NCBI GenBank assembly: GCA_964448115.1
Contig: CAYUVA010000020.1
Coordinates: forward strand, 1 to 64,000
DNA from: an uncultured bacterium
Lineage (GTDB): Bacteria > CAYUVA01
Reading direction: 5' to 3'
Length of the DNA stretch: 64,000 nt
The translations under genes were made by a program, and so were the position numbers. The number at the start of each line of letters is the position of its first letter. Position 1 is the stretch's first letter. Below the pieces are notes generated by a model. The model was not told the origin of the DNA and did no database searches. It worked only from the letters and a program-made list of their open reading frames with translations. This document shows positions 56,875 to 64,000 of this stretch, piece after piece.

Positions 56875-57897
56875 CTAGCCGAAGAAGATCTCGGCTGCGT
56901 TATATATGTCGAAGTCGAGCTTGCGAGGAGCCTTGCTGGCGTGATGCAGCGAGACAGAGTCATACTTGCCCCCGCGAAAAACAACACACTTGCCGAACTC
57001 TCTATCCTGCACCATCTGCACCGCCTTAAGCCCGAACATGGTGCCGAGCTGCCTGTCGAAGGGCGATGGAGTGCCAGCGCGCTGGAGATAACCGAGCACG
57101 GTTACCTTGGTCTCAATATCGATGCGTTGTCTTATCTCGCCGGCAATGATATGGCTTATCCCTTCCAATGCCTTTCTTTTGCTTGATCTCTCCATTTCAT
57201 CCCTGAAGTCTTTTACGCCCGGTGGAGGCTTGATCCCCTCTGCGACCACAACGATGCTGAACCGCTTGGTATGGTGTCTTTTTTGCAACATGATAGCCAA
57301 CTGCTCGATGTCATAAGGTACCTCTGGAATGAGAATACAATCTGCACCACCAGTGAGTCCACCCACCATAGCCAGCCAGCCGCTGTGGCGACCCATGACC
57401 TCCACTATCATACAGCGATGATGAGAGGCAGCAGTACTGTGCAGCATATCGAGAGAATTAGCAACCACATGCACAGCGGTATCAAAGCCGACTGCATAGT
57501 CGGTGCCGGCAACATCGTTGTCGATTGTTTTAGGGATGCCCACGATTGGCAAGCCAATTTGAAATGCATCGTTAGCAATTCCCAAAGTGCCATTCCCACC
57601 AACACAGATAAGTGCATCCAGCTCCAAAGCCTCGAAGCCGGCTCTAACCTTATTACCATCGGGATCATCGGCAAAGGGATCGAACCTGGAGGTATTAAGT
57701 ATAGTGCCCCCACTGAACAATATCCCAGAGGCATCCTTAGGGTGCAATTGCCTGCCAGCTAAATTAACTAACCCCTCCCAGCCGTCATAAATGCCGAACA
57801 CTTCATGACCACGAGGCAAGGCAGACTTGACCACCGCCCTGATCACTGCATTCAGTCCGCTACAATCGCCACCACCGGTCAAAATACCTATCTTCAT
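56875..57897 (-). CDS. pfkA: 6-phosphofructokinase
   Basis: TGGGD-x-x-GLNA, GGTIL-x-TSR, GGNGT, PKTIDND, EVMGR and LGYLQR motifs. Confidence 0.95.
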   Translation of the reverse strand: MKIGILTGGGDCSGLNAVIRAVVKSALPRGHEVFGIYDGWEGLVNLAGRQLHPKDASGILFSGGTILNTSRFDPFADDPDGNKVRAGFEALELDALICVGGNGTLGIANDAFQIGLPIVGIPKTIDNDVAGTDYAVGFDTAVHVVANSLDMLHSTAASHHRCMIVEVMGRHSGWLAMVGGLTGGADCILIPEVPYDIEQLAIMLQKRHHTKRFSIVVVAEGIKPPPGVKDFRDEMERSSKRKALEGISHIIAGEIRQRIDIETKVTVLGYLQRAGTPSPFDRQLGTMFGLKAVQMVQDREFGKCVVFRGGKYDSVSLHHASKAPRKLDFDIYNAAEIFFG

Positions 57898-57899
57898 TA

Positions 57900-57986
57900 T
57901 TGTCTAGTTGATTCGTTTCTGGTTGATTTGTTTTTTTTTTAATATGTTTCTAGTTAGTTGGTTGTCTTGTTAGTCTGTTTCCAGTT
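57900..57986. repeat. Phased GTTTCYRGTT repeats with a T10 tract upstream of pfkA
   Basis: Copies start at 57915, 57946 and 57977, with a degenerate copy at 57900. Confidence 0.7.
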
Positions 57987-58005
57987 TATGCTGCCAGTTA
58001 AGACC

Positions 58006-58899
58006 TTATCCATCAAAGACCGTTACCATGTTCCTGCCTGCTGCCTTTGAGCGATAAAGCGCCTGGTCAGCATGAATAATTAGCGTGTCAACCGAGTTTA
58101 TCTTCTTGGTGAAGGAAGCTACTCCGATGCTAACCATGACTTTCATCTCATCGTTATCAGAGAATTTATAGCTCTCTATATACTTCCTTAACTTCTCCGC
58201 CACGAAGTGCGCCTCGTTGCTTGCGGTCTCCGGCAGGGCTACAACGAACTCCTCGCCGCCGTAACGGCACGCAATATCATGCTTGCGCAGCTTCTTGATC
58301 AGAATCTTGCCCAACTCTTTCAAGACCTTGTCCCCGACGGCATGACCGTAAGTATCGTTTATGTCCTTGAAGTGATCGATATCTATCATCAAGATGGATA
58401 GCTCTCGCTGGTATCTTCTGGCTCTATATAGCTCCTTCTCCAGTTCCTCAAGGAAATGCTGACGGTTATGAAGACCGGTGAGATCATCGGTGGTAGCCCG
58501 GCTGTAGATCTTGTCCTGGTAGGAGATCTCGACCCTATCGCGGTGCAAAAATTGCAGGATGGTATTGCCCATCAATATCTTGTCTTCGTTCTTGAGCAGT
58601 CTCTTGTTAACCTTGTTGTTGTTTACGAAGGTACCGTTGGTGCTGTCCAGGTCAAATATATAGTATCGCTCATTGCCCTTTTTATCCTTGCTTTTAACTA
58701 TCTGGCAGTGGGTTCTGGACATCATCCTGTCCAGAATCTGTATATCGCAGTTATCGCCGCGACCGATGATGGTGTGATCCTTCTCGATCACGTACTCCTT
58801 GCCGATACTCGGTCCCCCAAGCGTAATCAGTACCACTCGTTCCTTGTCCAAGGAGAGTTTCGAGTACGGTATCTTTTGGGTGGATTCTTTCTCAACCAT
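58006..58899 (-). CDS. FHA-GGDEF diguanylate cyclase
   Basis: FHA motifs GR, SRTH and STNGT; GGEEF active site with RKHD I-site. Confidence 0.94.
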   Translation of the reverse strand: MVEKESTQKIPYSKLSLDKERVVLITLGGPSIGKEYVIEKDHTIIGRGDNCDIQILDRMMSRTHCQIVKSKDKKGNERYYIFDLDSTNGTFVNNNKVNKRLLKNEDKILMGNTILQFLHRDRVEISYQDKIYSRATTDDLTGLHNRQHFLEELEKELYRARRYQRELSILMIDIDHFKDINDTYGHAVGDKVLKELGKILIKKLRKHDIACRYGGEEFVVALPETASNEAHFVAEKLRKYIESYKFSDNDEMKVMVSIGVASFTKKINSVDTLIIHADQALYRSKAAGRNMVTVFDG

Positions 58900-58951
58900 A
58901 TACAGGTACTATATCACATTAAAATCGAAATCTGAATATATCTTAGACAGA

Positions 58952-59728
58952 TTATTGCAGGAATGCCTTGAACCCCTCGATTGTTGGTGGGATAAGCTTC
59001 TTGTGAGCCTGGAGCTTTTCTAGCAAGGTGGGATCTTCATCAATAGCCTTAAGCCACATATCCAGAATATCGGTTCCCGCTGGCTTCGGCTCAAGTTTAC
59101 CGCAGACTACGCTAGCTTGGAACGAGGTCATTCCGGCATCTTTGGCTGCCAGGAAATTCTCGGCAGCTATCTTGCCAAAATCGAAGGCATCGATGTTCAC
59201 CCGCTGCACCTTTTCTCCCTTAGCCTTAAACAGCAGCATAATAAATTTCTTCATGACCTGCTCATCCAGTGGAAGGCGCTTGCTGGCTGCACCGATCATG
59301 ACCATGTTTTGAGCCTTGCCGCTGCCTGCCTTGCGAGCAAGGTCTTCCGAGTTGACTAAAATATGATTTTTAAGGCTCTCAAGTTTATCGATTATCTCCT
59401 CGAGCTGCGGGTAGTCGGGTATATTCACATAGGGATTGGAGCTGGCTACAATTATCCCGTCATAGCTAAGATATCCTACATATCTAAGCGTCTCCAACGG
59501 CTCTACGCTCAAGATCATATCTGCCGATCCGGCGGGAACCAGGTCGCTGAATATCTGCTTATCCGAGATTCGTATATGCGAGCTGACTGCACCGCCTCGC
59601 TGAGCCATCCCATGAACCTCGGACTGCTTGAAGTTATACCCCATGCTCATCGCCGAGTTGTCTATGATAAACGAAATGGAAAGTATCCCTTGTCCACCGA
59701 CTCCGCAGGTGATAATATCGTACTTCAT
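58952..59728 (-). CDS. iorB: Indolepyruvate:ferredoxin oxidoreductase beta subunit
   Basis: GVGGQGIL and SEVHGMAQRGG motifs. Confidence 0.93.
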   Translation of the reverse strand: MKYDIITCGVGGQGILSISFIIDNSAMSMGYNFKQSEVHGMAQRGGAVSSHIRISDKQIFSDLVPAGSADMILSVEPLETLRYVGYLSYDGIIVASSNPYVNIPDYPQLEEIIDKLESLKNHILVNSEDLARKAGSGKAQNMVMIGAASKRLPLDEQVMKKFIMLLFKAKGEKVQRVNIDAFDFGKIAAENFLAAKDAGMTSFQASVVCGKLEPKPAGTDILDMWLKAIDEDPTLLEKLQAHKKLIPPTIEGFKAFLQ

Positions 59729-59743
59729 CGAGTTTCCCCCTAT

Positions 59744-61324
59744 CTACTTCTTGCGAGCGGTTTGGATGCACTCTCTTTGAGGTATTATCACCGATAATCC
59801 CTCGTATTCCAACTCTTCCTTGAATACCTTGACATTCTCCAGGTGATGCCTTCGGTGCGGATAGATGACCCGGATATGCTTCTCATCCACGCCCAGTCCT
59901 TTGATAAGATTTATCAATCCTTGGCCGCTGGTCAAGGTTGGTTGTCCGCCGGTCATGGCTACTGTTCCGTTATCCATGATCACCAATGTCATGGGGGTAT
60001 TCTCCTGTACAGCCCCGATTAGCGGAGTTATCCCGGAGTGTCCGAAGGTTGAGTCGCCGATCACCGCTGCCACATGTTTCATCCCCGCATCGGCAGCCCC
60101 CTTAGCCATGCTGACGCTAGCGCCCATGTCAACGCAACTTGAGATTGCACTAAAAGGAGGATAAAAGCCTAGGGTATAGCAGCCTATGTCGCTGAAGGCG
60201 GTCTTTACACCAAGCTCGTTCATCGCTTCCTTGAGCGCATGGAATGCGTCTATGTGTCCGCAACCAACGCACAATTGAGGTGGCCTGGCCGGAAGCCCCT
60301 TAGGTACAGCAACAGTCGGCTTTGATTCGATGCCCAAGGCTACCTTGACCAGGTCGGGATTCAACTCTCCAGTCAAGGGTAGATGACCGCTTAACTTGCC
60401 GATAACCTTCTTGGTTCCTAGCACACCATTCAGATTTCGCTCAATGAATGGATATCCATCCTCGACCACCAGTATCCCCTCGACCTGGCTGGCAAACCTG
60501 CGGATAAGCTCAACCGGCAGTGGATACATCCCGATTTTCAGGTAAGGTGGCAGCTCATTCTCCATGACCGCCTCCCTGAAATAGTTATAGCCGACGCCGC
60601 TGGCGATAACGCCCAGCTTCCTATTCGCTGACTCTAGATGCATCATGTTCAACGGTGAATTCTCCGAGGCTTGCAGGAGACGAGGTTGCTTTTCTATCAG
60701 TATGGAGTACTGAACCCTGGCATTGGTGGGCAGCAGTGTCCACCTGGCGAAGTTCTGCGAGGGATCAAGGATATTCTGCGGCATTCTGGTTTGAGTAACC
60801 ACATTCGCCCTGCTATGGGCGAGCCTGGTAACCAGTCGCACCATGACTGGCAGCTCCAGTTCCTGGGACAACTGATATGCCAGGTAGGTCATGTCATAGG
60901 CTTCCTGCTGGTTGGAAGGCTCAAAGCATGGTATCTGGGCCAAGTGAGCGTAGTACCGTGAGTCCTGCTCGTTCTGGCTGGAGTGCATGCCGGGGTCATC
61001 TGCAACTGCCAGCACCAATCCCCCTCTAGTACCGGTTATTGCTGAGTTCATGAAGGGGTCTGCTGCCACATTCAGTCCGACATGCTTCATGTTGACCAGC
61101 GCCTTTTTGCCGGCAAAGGACATGCCGAGTGCTTCCTCGTAGGCGACCTTCTCGTTTGCAGACCATTGTGCATGTATATCAAGTTTGTTTCTCTTGGCGT
61201 AAGACTCGACGAACTCGAAGATCTCGGTAGCCGGCGTACCCGGGTAAGAGAATACGCCACTCAATCCGGCATCGATCGCTCCCAGTCCAACCGCCTCGTC
61301 TCCAAGAAGTATTTCCTGTCCCAT
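59744..61324 (-). CDS. iorA: Indolepyruvate:ferredoxin oxidoreductase alpha subunit
   Basis: YPGTP, MKHVGLNVAAD, SSQNEQD, RPP-x-LC-x-GC-x-H, DIGCY and GDSTF motifs. Confidence 0.95.
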   Translation of the reverse strand: MGQEILLGDEAVGLGAIDAGLSGVFSYPGTPATEIFEFVESYAKRNKLDIHAQWSANEKVAYEEALGMSFAGKKALVNMKHVGLNVAADPFMNSAITGTRGGLVLAVADDPGMHSSQNEQDSRYYAHLAQIPCFEPSNQQEAYDMTYLAYQLSQELELPVMVRLVTRLAHSRANVVTQTRMPQNILDPSQNFARWTLLPTNARVQYSILIEKQPRLLQASENSPLNMMHLESANRKLGVIASGVGYNYFREAVMENELPPYLKIGMYPLPVELIRRFASQVEGILVVEDGYPFIERNLNGVLGTKKVIGKLSGHLPLTGELNPDLVKVALGIESKPTVAVPKGLPARPPQLCVGCGHIDAFHALKEAMNELGVKTAFSDIGCYTLGFYPPFSAISSCVDMGASVSMAKGAADAGMKHVAAVIGDSTFGHSGITPLIGAVQENTPMTLVIMDNGTVAMTGGQPTLTSGQGLINLIKGLGVDEKHIRVIYPHRRHHLENVKVFKEELEYEGLSVIIPQRECIQTARKK

Positions 61325-61579
61325 ATCTAGTCTCGCTTGGTTAACAGATCTAGTTTAACAAAACTAAAGCATATTTTACCGTAACTTAACTCAAGGTGAT
61401 ATTAGTAAGTGAGGTTCTATTTGTCAATCGAAGTCATGTCCGAGATCTTCTGTTATCTTGTTATCCTGGAAGCAACACATATTATCCTAATTCAAGACGA
61501 AAATTTCAGATACTGTTTCCTTTGCCTTCTGCCCTAAAACTACACCTTGCTATGGGCGGTAGAAAAAGTCTAGTGCATC

Positions 61580-61608
61580 TGGACGGGAAAAAGATAATAT
61601 GATATAGA
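61580..61608 (+). promoter_or_regulatory. Possible sigma70 promoter upstream of tRNA-Arg
   Basis: TGGACG-N17-TATAGA with an extended -10 TG. Confidence 0.35.
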
Positions 61609-61752
61609 GATATCTCGCTTAAAGATGTTGTTAGATGTGCACCGATGCACTTGAGTGTCTTGGTTGAACCCAGAGACTCGCTGGACACTGAGGGATACCA
61701 AGAGAAATAACAGCACTAGCGAAGATCTGTACCTGATTGACATTTGTTGCTT

Positions 61753-61826
61753 GCGCCAGTAGCTCAACTGGATAGAGCAACGGACTTCGAATCCGTAGGT
61801 CGCAGGTTCGAATCCTGCCTGGCGTA
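61753..61826 (+). tRNA. tRNA-Arg (anticodon TCG), CCA not encoded
   Basis: Acceptor GCGCCAG/CTGGCGT, D arm GCTC/GAGC, anticodon stem ACGGA/TCCGT with loop CTTCGAA, T arm GCAGG-TTCGAAT-CCTGC. Confidence 0.97.
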
Positions 61827-61975
61827 TGATAATCAAAAGCACCGTGTATTGGGGATCCGAGCGCCACCTAGGTTACAGGAGGGTGATAAAACATATCTAT
61901 CTATATGTAAGCAGTCTCCGTATTTTTGCTCTACCGGTTACTGCATCGTTGCCCTTTTGGGAGCTTTATGACACA

Positions 61976-62671
61976 ATGAGATACATGATGATTTATTTGG
62001 CGAGCGACAGCATTGGGAAGGCGATAATGGAGGTTATCAAGACCCGGCTGTCATCCATGGGCGTTCAAATCGAGGATCTCGGTGCGTTTGCAAGCGGACT
62101 CGAGGCACTCAGCGCCTTGGGAGCAAAACTCGCAGACTCCGATGGAGCAAAGGCTATGCTTATCGCCAAGGAGGGCTGTGGGCTTTCAATAATTGCCAAT
62201 CGAGGATCTCATATCCGAGCGGTCAATGCGAGCGAGCAAAGATATGTTGATGATGGCTGCTGCCATTATGGAGTGAATCTTGTCATCCTCGACCCTCAGT
62301 ACCTGGGCATTAAGCTAATTATCGATCTAGCTGTAGCTTTTTGTGATCTAAAAAGCTGTTTTGGTAATACGATCACCTCAAGATACTTGGCAAAGGAAGA
62401 ACAAAAAGGAAGGGATGTCAATCCTTATACATCAGCTAACGCTCAGAAGCATATCGCAGAACCTTCATCATTACCCTCAAGGGAGGCTGCCTTCGAGCGG
62501 GAGATCTATCACGCTCAAAATGGAGAGCTGATCTCAGAGGTTAAAGTACGCGATTTGGCTCACAAGGGGATAAAAGAGATAAGAATCGGCAAGGTGATAA
62601 TCATAACGCCAGCAGCGAAGGATCTGTTGAAGGAAAAAAATATAAAGCTTATAAAAGATAATACCGATTGA
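61976..62671 (+). CDS. Degenerate RpiB/LacAB-family domain fused to a small C-terminal ITPAAKD domain
   Basis: IYLASD, G-x-G-x-SI-x-AN...IRAV and H-x-x-VN pattern of RpiB; start placed at ATG 61976 because the track start abuts the tRNA. Confidence 0.7.
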   Translation: MRYMMIYLASDSIGKAIMEVIKTRLSSMGVQIEDLGAFASGLEALSALGAKLADSDGAKAMLIAKEGCGLSIIANRGSHIRAVNASEQRYVDDGCCHYGVNLVILDPQYLGIKLIIDLAVAFCDLKSCFGNTITSRYLAKEEQKGRDVNPYTSANAQKHIAEPSSLPSREAAFEREIYHAQNGELISEVKVRDLAHKGIKEIRIGKVIIITPAAKDLLKEKNIKLIKDNTD

Positions 62672-62687
62672 TGATGGGGATCTTATC

Positions 62688-62897
62688 ATGCGCCTCACCT
62701 GTGGACAGATCGTTGCAGAATATCTGATTCAGGCTAAGGATCCTTATATAATTGGCATTGCAGGTCACGGATGCCTGGGGCTGATCGATGCTCTTGATTG
62801 CGGCAGACCAGCGCTGTTAGAGATACTGGTCAATAGACAGTATCCCTACAGCGGCAGCCCCGCAGTAGGCTGGTGGGATGTACCCATCCCAACTTAA
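62688..62897 (+). pseudogene. iolD: Internally deleted IolD-like thiamine-diphosphate enzyme
   Basis: N-terminus MRLTCGQIVAEYL...GIAGHG joined directly to C-terminus GRPALLEI...GWWDVP in only 69 aa. Confidence 0.72.
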
Positions 62898-63041
62898 GCA
62901 ACTGCTATCGACAACCGCAGCGCCTACCAGGTAAAGAATTTCTCCCCCACGATAAGGGAGGCGAACCTCCTTGGTAATGCAATAATACCCGGATATGGAT
63001 CGCACTTGTTGGTTCAGCTCACAGTGAATATACTCGCGCAC
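62895..63041 (-). pseudogene. Probable 3'-truncated hypothetical gene
   Basis: GTG 8 nt after the oxidoreductase stop; protein-like REYIHCEL...KEVRLPYRGGEILYLVGAAVVDSSC, then runs into antisense iolD remnant. Confidence 0.45.
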
Positions 63042-63049
63042 TGGTATTA

Positions 63050-64000
63050 TCAAAGCCGTATCTTGATATCGGAGACCGGGTAGCTGACGCAGGCGTGGAT
63101 ATAGCCACATGCCCGATCAGCCTGTCTGATTTTTGCCTGCGGTGCAATGAAAACCTGACCATCGAGGAGCTTCACCCGACAAACACTGCACTCCCCGCAG
63201 CGACAGCCAGGGTTTGCTATCAAACCATTACGCTCCAGGGAATTGAGCAGAGGCTCCTTTGCCTTGACTGGGAATGAGCCGCCCTGAACAATGCTTACCG
63301 TAAAGGTGGTATCATCATTGATCTTTTTAGGGAAGCCGGGGACTAAGCCTATATCAGCCGGCGGTCCATATAACTCTCTTTTGATTTTATATTCAGGGAC
63401 TCCCAGTTTCTCTAGCTCCGGCAGGACATGATCATACATGGCAGCGGGACCGCAAAGATAGAACGTCTTGCCTTTAACATCCCCGATGCGCTTTTTTATA
63501 ATCTCAGCGCTGATGTAGCCCTTATTTCCCCTGTATCCATCAGGCGGTTCAGAGACCACCAGAGCATACTTGAAGGTCTTGATTCGCCGGTTCAGCAATG
63601 CCAGTTCCTTGCCGAAGATGACATCATCCTTGAGGCGGCATCCATAGATAAGGTCGATATTCAAGTGCTGGTTAGTGGCAAGCATCCATCGTATCATGCT
63701 CATAAAAGGTGTGATTCCGCTTCCCCCGGCGATAAATACCAGGTCTTTGCCATCTATTAATGGCTCGTAATAAAAGTGTCCAAAGGGACCGCTAGCATCG
63801 ACTTTGTCTCCGACCTTGAGGTTCTCAAGCAGGTATGGAGCTACGAAGCCTCCCGGATTATCTTTGATGGTAATATCGAGATAATCTACTGCTGGAGGGG
63901 ATGAAATGCTATAAGCCCTGCTGGTATGGACATCTTTTATCTGAAGGAAGATTTCTATGTACTGACCGGGACGAAATGGTGGTAATTCGGGTTGATCGAT
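63050..64000 (-). CDS. FAD/NAD(P)-binding oxidoreductase with C-terminal 2Fe-2S ferredoxin (5' end outside window)
   Basis: Frame open to the window edge: PFRPGQY, RAYSISS, AGGSGITP, YLCGP and CRCGECSVC...C. Confidence 0.92.
   Translation of the reverse strand: MDQPELPPFRPGQYIEIFLQIKDVHTSRAYSISSPPAVDYLDITIKDNPGGFVAPYLLENLKVGDKVDASGPFGHFYYEPLIDGKDLVFIAGGSGITPFMSMIRWMLATNQHLNIDLIYGCRLKDDVIFGKELALLNRRIKTFKYALVVSEPPDGYRGNKGYISAEIIKKRIGDVKGKTFYLCGPAAMYDHVLPELEKLGVPEYKIKRELYGPPADIGLVPGFPKKINDDTTFTVSIVQGGSFPVKAKEPLLNSLERNGLIANPGCRCGECSVCRVKLLDGQVFIAPQAKIRQADRACGYIHACVSYPVSDIKIRL

Noticed and set aside
56859-56987. ORF-track start of the radical SAM gene inside pfkA
   Set aside because: It overlaps pfkA in another frame; ATG 56858 has an RBS and fits the domain start.
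61610-61750. 6S RNA or a known riboswitch
   Set aside because: TTGAACCC is present, but the complementary strand and length required for 6S are missing; kept only as an unassigned structured candidate.
61570-61975. Short ORFs overlapping the tRNA
   Set aside because: Shadow translations of the tRNA (e.g. RQAGFEPATYGFEVRCSIQLSY).
61826-64000. Genomic island integrated at tRNA-Arg
   Set aside because: No integrase and no duplicated tRNA 3' end within the window.
1-64000. Numerous 60-160 aa antisense or alternate-frame ORFs; stop-codon recoding
   Set aside because: They lie within well-supported genes and lack motifs; no gene showed an in-frame stop with continuing homology that would suggest Sec or Pyl.

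Overview
Gene-dense chromosomal segment from a diderm bacterium (LolA, TonB-dependent receptor). The gene set resembles Deltaproteobacteria or candidate phyla, but the taxon cannot be assigned from sequence alone. It mixes housekeeping genes (xerC, dapF-pgpA-cinA-thpR, ftsB-gmk, pfkA, iorAB, tRNA-Arg(UCG)) with many envelope and glycosylation genes: five GT-C-type membrane proteins, three GT2, one GT1, an SGNH hydrolase, a GH-like protein and an MMPL transporter. It also has four AT-rich radical SAM genes, an MNT-HEPN toxin-antitoxin pair and several signalling genes. No CRISPR array, rRNA, prophage or intact transposase was seen. Most intriguing: (1) an orphan ParA coupled to an acyltransferase with a long charged N-terminal tail (candidate lipid-enzyme positioning system); (2) an intact two-gene operon of a hybrid histidine-kinase homologue lacking every phosphotransfer residue plus a J-like protein lacking HPD; (3) a CTTTGCGT repeat element found intergenically and also inserted in-frame in a glycosyltransferase; (4) a five-gene glycosyl/acyl/methyl tailoring operon; (5) a decayed locus after the tRNA with a degenerate RpiB fusion and an internally deleted IolD-like gene. 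All family calls come from motif recognition by eye, not database searches.
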